The notes: a model not told the origin generated them from the letters alone. Positions 21,001-29,944 are shown, counted from the stretch's first letter. The stretch: 64,000 nucleotides of DNA from Arenicellales bacterium (GCA_965220395.1 CBDCPT010000004.1:71433-135432), one strand, 5' to 3'. Numbers and translations: made by a program.

Positions 21001-23159
21001 CGAAGATCAAGAACGAATCCAATGTCGTCAAGTCGATATCAAGACAATGGAACACCATTTCGCGTCATGACTTCCTTCCAATACTTCAACCAGCAATCGC
21101 GGTGATTGAGACAATCGAGGACACGGGAAAATTAGCTGGCCTAGAACGTTCGTTGCGCCACATTGCATCCGAGGCAGAACGCATTGCCGAAACCTATGCA
21201 GACATGGGAGCTGACCATGCCGGCCCGCTGTTCAATAGGGTTATGGGTAATCAGGCCTCAGACGGCGCCTACTTCACCAGGCCGGTGGCAGCATCTATTG
21301 CTGCGCGACTGGCGTTGGATACTTGCGGCGATGTGGACTGGGCAGCTCTCGAAGTTTGGCGGGAGTTAAAGGTGGTCGATCTGGCATGCGGCAGCGGTAC
21401 CCTCTTAGCTGCCGCGATGACTGACATGAAGCGTCGCGCAAGCGAGCATGGTGCCCAAAAAACAAGGTTGGCAGAGCTTCAAAAGATTGCCGTCGAAGAG
21501 ACTATCAAAGGATTGGACATTAATCCAGTGTCGTTACAACTGGCAGCATCTCAGCTGACTGCAGGAAACCAAGAAATCCGTTACCGTCAGATGGGTCTTC
21601 ATCTGATGCCATATGGACCACAAGTCGGCAATCCATACCAGGTATCAGTGGGAACCTTGGAACTTCTCGGGCAGAAGGCTATTGTTCCGAGAGGCAACGA
21701 ATTGGATATTGAGGACTACAAAATTGTATCGCGGGCCGTATGGCAGCCACCTGATAACCCCGAACTGGAGGATGCAGTGACAGACGTTCAGGGAGCCCGT
21801 ATCGTCATCATGAACCCACCATTCACGAACCGAACCAAGATGGGAGAGAAGTTTCCAAAAGGGACTCAGCAATTGATACGATCAAGGACAGACGAATTGG
21901 AGCAGTTGCTAGTTCGCAATGATAGAGACATGGATGGTTTTGTTGACAAGAATGCGCTAGGACCATTGTTCGTAGCACTCGCGGATCTAGTATTAAACCT
22001 CTCTGATGGCGTTTTGGTGATGGTGCATCCGACTATCGCTCTTACCACGACGTCTGGACAGCATGAGCGCAGAGTACTGGCGCGACGATATCACATTAAC
22101 ACTGTGCTCACGTGTCATCTTCCAGGTCAAATCAACTTGAGTCAGAACACCAATATCAATGAGAGTATCCTAATCGCTACGAGGCATAATGGCCCAAAGC
22201 CGCCTACAAGATTCATAAATCTTGACCGAATGCCGACGAACGAGAGCGAAGTAGATGATCTGCATCGTTGCCTGTCGGTCTGCTCCATTGGTCTGATTTC
22301 AAATGGCTGGGGTGAAGTATCTGAATGGCCTGTACACCGAATGGAGGCTGGAGACTGGACAGCCGCAATCTGGCGATCACCGAAGCTCGCCGAAGCGGCT
22401 GCAAGGATTGCAAATGACAAAAAGTTGCTACGTATTGCGGATATCGGTTTTGAGCCAGCGGCTACAGGCCAGCAATTGCGTGGCACCTTCGAGAATGCCG
22501 GACAGGAGATTCCAGGGAGTTTTCCCATTTTAAAATCAAAGGGTGCCGACGGTCAGAGGCATATCGAGAGTACCCCCGACGAGTACTGGATCCCAAAGAG
22601 ACGGGACGAAGACGAGCACCGGTTCAACGATGGTATATATCTGGCGGCGGGTAAGATACTGCAAAAAGCAGGATACTTGTTGATAACCACCGGACAGGAC
22701 AATAGCACAGCACGACTTACAGCGGTTGCGAGTGATCAAAAATTCGTAGGCAACGGCTGGATGCCTGTTACAGGTCTCACGTCAGATGAGGCAAAAGCAG
22801 TTGCCGTTTTCATCAACTCAACGGCTGGGCGCCTTCAACTCATGCGGAAATTTGGACGGAAACTGGAATTTCCCACTTACAGTGCCGCGGAAGCTCGAAA
22901 CATTAGAATTCCAGACATCAAGGATTCCAAAATACTCGAAATCTTGGTTTCTTGCTGGAATCGAACCAAAGACATGGTAGTGCCACAGTTTCGGGACGGT
23001 GAGTGTGAGGTGCGCAGACTCTGGGACGAAGTTGTCGCTAATGCATTGATATGGAATGCGGACGAAATGACTCGATTGCGTGAACTGCTTAGCAGGGAAC
23101 CACATGTACGCGGACTCGGATACAACCAATATGCTGATGAACTTGATGACACGCCGTGA
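18069..23159 (+). CDS. Single-polypeptide restriction-modification-like enzyme (Type ISP-like): Mrr/PD-(D/E)xK nuclease, SF2 helicase, amino-MTase, putative target-recognition region
   Basis: 1696 aa.
- Nuclease: DTGIDVVAL...IAIQCK (aa ~85-106).
- Helicase: motif I PCGTGKT (238-244), motif II DEAH (375-378), motif III TATP, motif VI QAVGRAMR (632-639).
- Basic low-complexity linker around aa 740-870 (PPKKPKRRR).
- MTase: YFTRPVAA, motif I VVDLACGSGTLL (1102-1113), motif IV NPPF (1249-1252).
- About 440 aa of C-terminal sequence with no recognised motif.
- The track start is TTG 18069. ATG 18102 (MKDGGPD) is more plausible. Confidence 0.8.
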   Translation: MDGYKRGNTPIMKDGGPDVQALQGIIAKAIHSVDEMSRQKTDGKWLEDLVADSAALIAEWDIYECWKWSEWPERDRHLPQSKGKDTGIDVVALRGSDGVHIAIQCKARALDDEGRGNPITKHEVDSFASMSSDEFWAERWIVTNGDNPLGTNAMAAVPKAKPIKLVNIDSDLQKQEHAKDYSAEVCPHCSHPDDGVKQTRSCMQNEAVYTSLRILMEHERSGSGGLPVGEARGKIILPCGTGKTRISLRIIETLTEPGDLAVVLCPSIALVAQIRREFLVNAKEGIRSLAVCSDETAGYDRIEENSMDDPTIDMSRVSASEVKGMVTTDSNEIAQWIRESRNSKRINVIFGTYQSSHKVGEALLTTSILAQVLVADEAHRTAGLRRIKKFEERLRDFTVCHDNERFPVRYRVYQTATPRVYDTGGQRPRNDRWVVRNMDDEAVFGVELYRKSYMEAVTNGWLTDYRIIALGVNDQEAYKAANKLAQNSTGNNALSTTHFLRGLTLALVLGGATRSDDGEGAVVKSCIAFMNTVNKSKSMAQQLQSEHVRNWVREWLRENRDGRETALYTLEHLDASSNVTARENAKSRLAKASVDDPHGILNVGIFGEGTDAPSLSAVAFLEARKSPIDVIQAVGRAMRLSDGKSMGYIICPIIIPPFVDAERWLKSSGPNDGWQELGQILLALRAHDSRIEDNLSDLLQLYLPPEPETESTMVAIAGKNGRISYHGHHGIPGQAQSDIEDVLNEKSRVSDVFVPLDRLETDTNRRDKPSEESLFGKEQTSTTATAVGSCLPAPGAVVTGKVNEDRSVELRINGLERDKSKPDGTPGPINLVKSKRMARRMINEGQGSPLPPKKPKRRRTAQEVTEDNAMRMLNLSGMDDHGRAIVANLLSKSGLRRNRVTRDLNILEGSVTEASRHLREETLDGVLDKHFGLDNLDKKKREAQADGCTIGALLMMNAAMLHQRIASGQWLLGTTGLAKIKNESNVVKSISRQWNTISRHDFLPILQPAIAVIETIEDTGKLAGLERSLRHIASEAERIAETYADMGADHAGPLFNRVMGNQASDGAYFTRPVAASIAARLALDTCGDVDWAALEVWRELKVVDLACGSGTLLAAAMTDMKRRASEHGAQKTRLAELQKIAVEETIKGLDINPVSLQLAASQLTAGNQEIRYRQMGLHLMPYGPQVGNPYQVSVGTLELLGQKAIVPRGNELDIEDYKIVSRAVWQPPDNPELEDAVTDVQGARIVIMNPPFTNRTKMGEKFPKGTQQLIRSRTDELEQLLVRNDRDMDGFVDKNALGPLFVALADLVLNLSDGVLVMVHPTIALTTTSGQHERRVLARRYHINTVLTCHLPGQINLSQNTNINESILIATRHNGPKPPTRFINLDRMPTNESEVDDLHRCLSVCSIGLISNGWGEVSEWPVHRMEAGDWTAAIWRSPKLAEAAARIANDKKLLRIADIGFEPAATGQQLRGTFENAGQEIPGSFPILKSKGADGQRHIESTPDEYWIPKRRDEDEHRFNDGIYLAAGKILQKAGYLLITTGQDNSTARLTAVASDQKFVGNGWMPVTGLTSDEAKAVAVFINSTAGRLQLMRKFGRKLEFPTYSAAEARNIRIPDIKDSKILEILVSCWNRTKDMVVPQFRDGECEVRRLWDEVVANALIWNADEMTRLRELLSREPHVRGLGYNQYADELDDTP

Positions 23160-23546
23160 TTCAGTTTTTTCAATAGAAACATGCTTTGTCTGGCAATCAT
23201 TCGAACGGATTATGTGATGGCAGCAATGGTCAATTCGGGCGTAGTCGCGACAACTCGTTGACATGTCTTTGCTCTTCTGTGCATCCTTGTGTGAAGAACT
23301 CATTGATGCTTACATATATATGCTACCTTGTTGTTTTAAAATAAATTTCACACTGTTTTTTATGTGCCTCACCCAACGCGAATCGGATAGGTAGTCGAAA
23401 GGCAAATTTGAAGTGATAAGGTGTAAATAAGCAAGCAGTATGGGGGCTTGCCGGGGCATGAGGGCTGGAAATATTCTGAAGAGGGAAATCAGCCGATTGG
23501 GAAAAATTTGTTTATGAAAATGTCATTATGCATATATGTGTATTCA

Positions 23547-23569
23547 TACAGATATGATGAATTAGCCGA
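23547..23569 (+). repeat. Solo copy of the right-end motif of the IS at 1124-3432
   Basis: This site reads tacagatat-gatga-attagccga. Positions 3415-3434 read tacagatat-at-attagccga. Two exact 9-mers occur in the same order and orientation. The flanking ~30 nt on the inner side are also loosely similar (tgaaaa.gt.c.att.atg). Confidence 0.45.
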
Positions 23570-23649
23570 ATAATTTCTGAGAACCAACAGCAGTGGAGGC
23601 GGGCCGATGCGATCCATGTCACGACACACTCAATTGATACTAATTCAGA

Positions 23650-24216
23650 TTAGTTAAATTTTCTGTGATGATTGGCCAGCTCATGCCAGTAGTCGGAATT
23701 CCAGTAGCCTCGGGCTCTTGCGGATGTGCTTGGCAAAACATGAATTTCCGTGATATCCACTGACAACGATTTCTGAAGTCCATATTCAATCTCTGCACTT
23801 TTCGGAATGCCGAAGACTGAATGAAAGAACAACCTGCCATTGTTCTTGCCTGTAAAAGCCAAAAGTCGAGGCCGATATACCTTTATTTTCTCAAGCACTG
23901 ACTCTGGACTATCTCCCTGACCTGTAAGTTCGTGATCACTGCCGAACTCTGTCTTGTTTAGGTCAGTCAACCCTATGCCATAACTGGGAAGACTGCCGAA
24001 CTCCTCTGGTTCAAGCTGCCGGTCAGTTAGCCCTGTTTCAACAAGAATTTCCCAGAATTTATTTGAACGATGTGCGTAATACGCACGCCGTCGTTTGGAC
24101 TCTTTACTTGGCGCTCTGCCACAAAATACAGTAATTAAACCTGTCTGAAGAACATCTCGAACGATGTAGTCGCTTTCCGACACCGAATTTTCTTTACCCT
24201 TTAGAATGGACATCAA
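23650..24216 (-). CDS. mug: Uracil-DNA glycosylase superfamily protein, Mug/TDG-like (family 2) with atypical motifs
   Basis: It aligns along its length with my recollection of E. coli Mug: VFCG...FW..L...G.TDRQL.PEE...GIGLT.L, then YRP..LAF.GK, then VLPS.S. Motif 1 reads GRAPS instead of GINPG, and motif 2 reads PSTSARA instead of NPSGLS. Confidence 0.65.
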   Translation of the reverse strand: MMSILKGKENSVSESDYIVRDVLQTGLITVFCGRAPSKESKRRRAYYAHRSNKFWEILVETGLTDRQLEPEEFGSLPSYGIGLTDLNKTEFGSDHELTGQGDSPESVLEKIKVYRPRLLAFTGKNNGRLFFHSVFGIPKSAEIEYGLQKSLSVDITEIHVLPSTSARARGYWNSDYWHELANHHRKFN

Positions 24217-24236
24217 TTCAGAACTATATCCATTAC

Positions 24237-25253
24237 TCAGTTTAATCGAGAAAATCTATTCCCTACTCTGAGATCCGTTGGATAGCATATTTTTAATCCT
24301 GAAACGTCATCTGTGTAATTTTGTTGATCATCCAGTTCTTCGGCAGTTGAAACTTCTTCGATGACATCGTCCTTAATCATCAGTACAAAATATTTCAAGC
24401 GATTGGTATGCTTTACCCCGACTAATTCAATCCATGTGGACCCGGAAATCTTAATCCGAGTGAGTGGCTTCGGTTGCTGGAATTCCGAGTTCCTGTACTG
24501 TTCAAGATAGTTACTTGAGACCATTTTTTCTGCCAGTTTGGTGGCTTTCTGACACTCCTGTGATGACAAATTATCCAAGTAAACCGGCCGCCCAAAAGAC
24601 TGCTCATATTCATCAACCAGCAGTTCCGACAATTGACTCCAGTTCGTTGTGCAACGCTCTTGACTCAGTGTGGTGATCCTTCTGTGCATTGCAGCCAATG
24701 CCAGTTGCCGGAAAGTGTCGCACGGAGCGTTAATGATTTCTGCCATGGCTTGATAGTTGAATTCGTTTAGGATGTTGCCTACAACAACGCTGGCTTCGCC
24801 AATCAAGCCTCCGCCAATACCTGCGATTCGTTTACCCGAAATTTCTATCTCATTTACATAGAGAAGTTCAGCATCCAAACCCAAATTGTGCAATGCTTTG
24901 ATTGGCGCCTCCAATCGCGCCTTGTAGACCTGCGCAGGAATAGCCGGACTCCTGCTGCGATGAAATATACACTGGTAAAAAAGTTGTTGACTGTCAAGAT
25001 AGGTTACTCCGCCACCAAGTTTTCTGCGCATGACGGGATAACCCAATCGCATACGTGCAGCATTGTCTAGCACGTGACGGCGGTTTTGGTGATAGCCAAT
25101 ACAAATATAGGGCTCCCTGGGACGACATAGAATGATCGTATCCGGAGAATTTTCTGCCATGCAGTGTGCAACTGAGTGGTAGAGCGTCTGAGATTCCAAA
25201 TATGAAACTTCATCCAGACTGACAATTCGTACGGGGTCGGTGTCACCCATCAC
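24237..25253 (-). CDS. Biotin/lipoate A/B protein ligase family protein (LplA-like)
   Basis: 338 aa with VMRRKLGGGVTYLDSQQLFY, which fits the RR.SGGGAVYHD-type lipoate-ligase motif. Confidence 0.6.
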   Translation of the reverse strand: MMGDTDPVRIVSLDEVSYLESQTLYHSVAHCMAENSPDTIILCRPREPYICIGYHQNRRHVLDNAARMRLGYPVMRRKLGGGVTYLDSQQLFYQCIFHRSRSPAIPAQVYKARLEAPIKALHNLGLDAELLYVNEIEISGKRIAGIGGGLIGEASVVVGNILNEFNYQAMAEIINAPCDTFRQLALAAMHRRITTLSQERCTTNWSQLSELLVDEYEQSFGRPVYLDNLSSQECQKATKLAEKMVSSNYLEQYRNSEFQQPKPLTRIKISGSTWIELVGVKHTNRLKYFVLMIKDDVIEEVSTAEELDDQQNYTDDVSGLKICYPTDLRVGNRFSRLN

Positions 25254-25392
25254 GCTTCTAGAATTGCTAACGCAGTTATAAGCATCGATTGCACATTGAC
25301 GGCTGCTTTTCGCCTAGAAATCAACTACAAATTCTAGATTCTGATCGCAATGGCGTTCAGCGGCTCCGACTATCTATTCCACTTTTACCAGT

Positions 25393-26172
25393 CTATGCCT
25401 CTTCGAGTGCCTCGACTGACTCTGGAATCGTCTGGCCGCCGTCTACAACAATTGTCTGGCCCGTAATGTAACCCGCTTCGTCAGATGCAAAAAACAATGC
25501 GGCGTTTCCTATATCCGCGACTGATCCCAGACGCTTCAATGGAATTGATGCCGCCATCGTCTCAAGGTAATCCTCTCCAAGACCCATTAGTCCCTCCGTT
25601 ATGATGTTGCCCGGCATAACTGCATTTATCGTGATTCCGTACTTGGCGAATTCCATGCAAGCGGTTTTCATAAATCCCAGTTGACCTGATTTACTTGCAC
25701 CATAGTGCGTCCAGCCTGGATATCCGGTTATGGGACCGGTAATAGAAGATGTCAATATGATTCGACCACAACTGCTCTTCTTGAGATACGGCAAGCAGCT
25801 CTTTATTGCAAGAAATGTTCCTTTCAGGTTTGTTCCAAGCACAAGATCCCACTCGTCACTAGACATGTTTTCCAAATGGCTCTGAGGAAATGTGCCGGCA
25901 TTGCAACACAACACATCAATCCCGCCATGGCGCTCGGTCGCAGCAGCTGCCATGGCATCCAACTCCTCAGAATTCGTTACATCTGCCGAGAATGCGGATG
26001 CTGTACCACCTGACTCGCGGATTTCCGCTGCCGTAGCTTCGGCGTCAGGAAGCCCGCGTGCAACAATCAACACCCGCGCACCTTGATTGGCAAATACCGT
26101 AGCAATTCCTTTTCCAATTCCTTTACTGGATCCGGTCACTATGACCGATCTGCCTTCTACTGACGTAAGCAT
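25393..26172 (-). CDS. Short-chain dehydrogenase/reductase (FabG-like); candidate amino-alcohol dehydrogenase of the BMC pathway
   Basis: 259 aa with TGSSKGIGKGIA (TGxxxGIG), NAG, and the catalytic YGASKSG (YxxxK). Confidence 0.85.
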   Translation of the reverse strand: MLTSVEGRSVIVTGSSKGIGKGIATVFANQGARVLIVARGLPDAEATAAEIRESGGTASAFSADVTNSEELDAMAAAATERHGGIDVLCCNAGTFPQSHLENMSSDEWDLVLGTNLKGTFLAIKSCLPYLKKSSCGRIILTSSITGPITGYPGWTHYGASKSGQLGFMKTACMEFAKYGITINAVMPGNIITEGLMGLGEDYLETMAASIPLKRLGSVADIGNAALFFASDEAGYITGQTIVVDGGQTIPESVEALEEA

Positions 26173-26378
26173 GACTCATTTACCTCGCTCTAGTTTGATT
26201 GATTTTTTAATAGGTTCGGATAATGTACTGATTTCTGAAACAACAATGCAACAATTTCGCATTTTCGGTGCGTTATCAACAATTCGATATCAACTGTCAA
26301 GTTATTTTTGATTTACTCAAATAAATTGAGCGTGTAAGAAACCAAATCCCTGTCCGTATTGGGGCAAAGGAGGATTAC

Positions 26379-27695
26379 ATGAAAGAAACAAAGCAGGAAT
26401 TTTTGGAACGCACTAAAGAATACTGGAATCCAGGGAAAACTACCGACTGGCAAAACTTTGGAGTAGACCTGGTGATCGATCGGCGAGAAAGCTACTATCT
26501 GTACGATATGGATGGAAAGCGTCTGATTGATGTTCACCTGAACGGAGGCACATACAATCTCGGGCATCGCAACCCGGAAGTCGTGGCGGCAGTGAAGGAG
26601 GGAATGAAATATTTCGACATCGGTAATCACCACTTTCCTTCGTTAATGCGAACACATGTCGCGCAGATGCTGGCTGAGTGTACTCCCGAAGGATTGCAGT
26701 ATACAATCTACGCATCAGGCGGCGGCGAAGCAATCGACATTGCACTTAAGTGTGCACGCCACGCCACCCAAAGACGTAAAATTATCTGCATTGATCATTG
26801 CTACCACGGTCATACAGGACTCGCAGTGCAAGTCGGCGATGATCGATTTTCCAAACTGTTTCTAAGTGATTCACCGAAGCAGGAGGTCGTCAAAGTTCCG
26901 TTCAACGATCTTGAGGCGATTGAGCGCGAAATTCGAGTGGGTGACGCAGCTTGCGTAATCATAGAGACGATTCCTGCAACTTATGGGTTTCCCATGCCAA
27001 AACAGGGGTACCTGAGTGCAATAAAGGCGGCCTGTGAAAGAGTCGACACACTGTTCATCGCTGATGAAGTGCAGACTGGCTTAATGCGATGTGGCGAAAT
27101 TTGGGGGATTGACACTTATGGAGTCATACCCGATATATTGGTGACCGGAAAAGGACTGTCAGGTGGAATCTATCCGATTGGTGCAGTCGTAGTCAGTGAG
27201 CGGGCCGGAGCCTGGCTGAAAGAAGACGGTTGGGGACACATGTCTACATTTGGCGGTGCTGAGCTAGGTTGTATTGCAGCAGCCAAGGTGCTTGAGATTT
27301 CCAATCGGCCTGAAGTGCGTTCCATGGTGCACTACATTGCACAATACATACGCAGCGGACTGGAACAGCTTCGGAAAAATTACTCTGACTTTTTTGTCGG
27401 CATTCGCCAAAGAGGTGTTGTAATTGGGTTGGAATTCAGTCACCCGGAAGGTGCGATTCATGTTATGAAAGCATTGTTCCGCAACGGCGTCTGGGCTATA
27501 TTCTCGTCCTTGGACCCAAAGGTGTTGCAGTTCAAGCCGGGAATTCTAGTTGACAAGGAGCTCTGCGACGAAATTTTGAACCGACTCGATACTGCTTTGG
27601 GACAAGCACGGGCATCTGCTTTTCAGGGAGTTACTGCAAGAAAATCCGCAGACTCGAACCAACAAGTGAAACGGGAGATGGCTAACGCTGCATAA
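26379..27695 (+). CDS. Class-III aminotransferase-fold PLP enzyme (transaminase or phospho-lyase)
   Basis: 438 aa with ADEVQTGLMRCG and a PLP-lysine region VTGKGLSGG. AAGGAGG lies upstream of the ATG. Confidence 0.85.
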   Translation: MKETKQEFLERTKEYWNPGKTTDWQNFGVDLVIDRRESYYLYDMDGKRLIDVHLNGGTYNLGHRNPEVVAAVKEGMKYFDIGNHHFPSLMRTHVAQMLAECTPEGLQYTIYASGGGEAIDIALKCARHATQRRKIICIDHCYHGHTGLAVQVGDDRFSKLFLSDSPKQEVVKVPFNDLEAIEREIRVGDAACVIIETIPATYGFPMPKQGYLSAIKAACERVDTLFIADEVQTGLMRCGEIWGIDTYGVIPDILVTGKGLSGGIYPIGAVVVSERAGAWLKEDGWGHMSTFGGAELGCIAAAKVLEISNRPEVRSMVHYIAQYIRSGLEQLRKNYSDFFVGIRQRGVVIGLEFSHPEGAIHVMKALFRNGVWAIFSSLDPKVLQFKPGILVDKELCDEILNRLDTALGQARASAFQGVTARKSADSNQQVKREMANAA

Positions 27696-27715
27696 CAACA
27701 GAACAGGAGAAAGAA

Positions 27716-28729
27716 ATGCAAAAATTTGATGATTTGACCAATGAACAACAACTTACCTTGCTACGACAAGTCGCGCAGAACGCTATTCCGTTTTATGACT
27801 TGCCGTCTGATGTTGGGGTTGAGCTCATCAATATTTCAGAAAACGCAACCTATCGTGTAGAAGACCCCGTCAGTGGTAAGAAGTGGGCTCTACGGGTACA
27901 TCGAGAAGGGTATCACTCTAAAACAGCGATCGCTTCAGAGCATGCATGGACAGATGCCTTGCGTGAAGATGCTGGGGTAATCACACCGACAATCGTGCCT
28001 GGAAGAGATGATCAGAACATTCAGTTGATACAAGCGAAAGGAATGCCGGGTGGCGCTCGACACGTTGTCATGTTCGATTGGGAAGCAGGCGTAGAGCCTC
28101 CCGAAGAAAATTTACTTGGTCCATTTGAGCTGCTTGGGAAAGTTTCCGCACAAATGCATCAGCACTCAATGACTTGGCAACGCCCTTCCTGGTTTGAACG
28201 CTATACATGGGATTTTGAAACAAGTCTTGGCAGCAAGCCTCACTGGGGGAAATGGCAGGACGGCATGGGAATGAACCTCGAAAGAGAACAACTGTTCGGC
28301 AAAACTGCAGAACTAATCGAGTCCAGGTTACGGGCTTTCGGGCAGCGCTCCCGTAGATGGGGCCTCGTTCACTGCGACATTCGACTCGCCAATTTGCTGA
28401 TTGAAGGAGATGTAACTAAAGTAATAGATTTCGATGACTGTGGATTCAGCTGGTTCATGTATGACTGTGCAACTGCACTCAGCTTTTTCGAGGCAAGAGA
28501 GGATGTACCTGATCTGATTGAGGCATGGGTGCGAGGTTATCGCTCAGTCATGGACTTGTCGGAAGAAGATGAGCATGAAATCCCCACATTCGTCATGCTT
28601 CGTCGTCTGCTTCTGGTTGCATGGATTGGATCACACTCCGAAACGGAACTGGCCCAATCTATGGGTTTGCCGTACACCGCCGAAACCGTTGGATTGTGTG
28701 AGGCCTATCTGTCGAAATTCAGCGATTGA
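27716..28729 (+). CDS. APH-fold (aminoglycoside phosphotransferase / homoserine-kinase-II-like) small-molecule kinase
   Basis: 337 aa with the catalytic loop LVHCDIRLANLL (HxDxxxxN) and IDFDDCG. It starts 20 nt after the aminotransferase-fold gene and has an AGGAGA RBS. Confidence 0.8.
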   Translation: MQKFDDLTNEQQLTLLRQVAQNAIPFYDLPSDVGVELINISENATYRVEDPVSGKKWALRVHREGYHSKTAIASEHAWTDALREDAGVITPTIVPGRDDQNIQLIQAKGMPGGARHVVMFDWEAGVEPPEENLLGPFELLGKVSAQMHQHSMTWQRPSWFERYTWDFETSLGSKPHWGKWQDGMGMNLEREQLFGKTAELIESRLRAFGQRSRRWGLVHCDIRLANLLIEGDVTKVIDFDDCGFSWFMYDCATALSFFEAREDVPDLIEAWVRGYRSVMDLSEEDEHEIPTFVMLRRLLLVAWIGSHSETELAQSMGLPYTAETVGLCEAYLSKFSD

Positions 28730-28840
28730 TCAGAACTGATAAATATTTGCAACTGTCGAGAACAGAATATGAAACTAAAGCGTCTAGACTTTGTCTACAG
28801 TATGCATAACCGGTCTATAGAAATTTAATGGAGCTTTACA

Positions 28841-29305
28841 TTGTCTGTTATTTTCCGAGTTTCGACTCTTGCAACTGTATTTTTAAGTTTTCTGATTATT
28901 GCCTCCAATGCGATAGCTGATGAGAAAGATTATGTTTTTACTGGTAAAGTAGACGTTGCTATCAGAGCTTATGACCCCGTCGCCTATCACCTGGAACAAA
29001 GTCCTGTAAAGGGCAGCAACGAATTTTCGACTGAGTGGGAAGGCGCTGTCTGGCATTTTGCTTCTGCTGAAAACCGTGACCTTTTTAATTCGGATCCCGA
29101 ACGTTGGGCACCTCGCTACGGAGGATACTGCGCATACGCAGTGGCTAATGATGCGCTAGCACCGACTGATCCAAGAGCTTGGACGGTCTATGAAGATCGA
29201 CTCTACCTGAACTTTAGTCTGAGAGTAAGAAAAAGGTGGACTAAAGATATACCGGGCTACATAGAGAGTGCAGACAGGAACTGGCCTGACGTCCTTTCAA
29301 AATAG
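28841..29305 (+). CDS. YHS-domain-containing periplasmic protein (Cys form of the YHS (seleno)protein family), paralogue 1
   Basis: 154 aa (TTG start in the track) with a signal peptide and YDPVAYH...W.FAS.ENRDLFNSDPERWAPRYGGYCAYAV. It is clearly paralogous to 33938-34399. Confidence 0.6.
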   Translation: MSVIFRVSTLATVFLSFLIIASNAIADEKDYVFTGKVDVAIRAYDPVAYHLEQSPVKGSNEFSTEWEGAVWHFASAENRDLFNSDPERWAPRYGGYCAYAVANDALAPTDPRAWTVYEDRLYLNFSLRVRKRWTKDIPGYIESADRNWPDVLSK

Positions 29306-29340
29306 GCCGAGCACATTAAAAATAGACCAGACCCCGCCGA

Positions 29341-29506
29341 GGCAAAATCGGCATGAGAGATGTGCGCCAATCGCTGTATAGTAGATTTTCGATACTTGGA
29401 CTGCCCAAATGCAGAGTCTGGACACGCACAGCTCTGAAGCCAACTGCCCGAGCGAACAGGCACTCCCGTTTCAGGTGCCGACTATGCTCGAATCATTGTG
29501 ACACCT
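29341..29506. repeat. Copy 1 of a ~166-bp non-coding direct repeat (probable relic of a decayed mobile element)
   Basis: It aligns with 31471-31639. By my manual count there are 16 substitutions and one 3-nt indel over the best ~145 nt. Confidence 0.8.
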
Positions 29507-29944
29507 AAACGGAACTTCATCGGCTAAAATGGAAAAAAGTAAACCAAATCCGCAATTTAGCAGAAAACAAACAATCCCATATTGTGTACACTGTATATTC
29601 GATCAGGTTTTGTACCGAGCAGGTCAATTGCCTTCTGTTAATGCGGTATCGGTTCGGTGATGATCGTGAATTCATGCTCCGGCTTATCGTATAACACCAC
29701 CCGATTGCAGCAGATGGTGGTCAGATCGGCGAGCAGGGTGTTCATGCTGCATTGGCATCAAAGTCCCCACAAGGCAAGTTTGCCGCAGCGAAATCACTGC
29801 GACGATATGAGGTACATTGGTCGGGTAAGCTTTGGTTCGTCCAAGCCAATCTGATGCGTTCTTGCTAAAGCCACTGCTTGGTGCCGATTCGTTTTACATC
29901 TAAGAATTTTCATTGTATATTTACCACCAGATGGAAAATACGCA

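Noticed and set aside
23160-24216. The idea that the Mug-like glycosylase is a functional partner of the Type ISP-like enzyme, for example a modified-base-directed module.
   Set aside because: The genes are convergent and separated by about 490 bp that includes the solo IS-end motif. Nothing indicates co-transcription. The adjacency is most simply the island boundary.
29353-29508. A 51-aa Arg/Cys-rich ORF (MRDVRQSLYSRFSILGLPKCRVW…) inside repeat copy 1, with a partially conserved counterpart in copy 2.
   Set aside because: Copy 2 has a TGA after 32 codons. Of about 17 differences only 4 are synonymous, so there is no sign of purifying selection. There is also no RBS.
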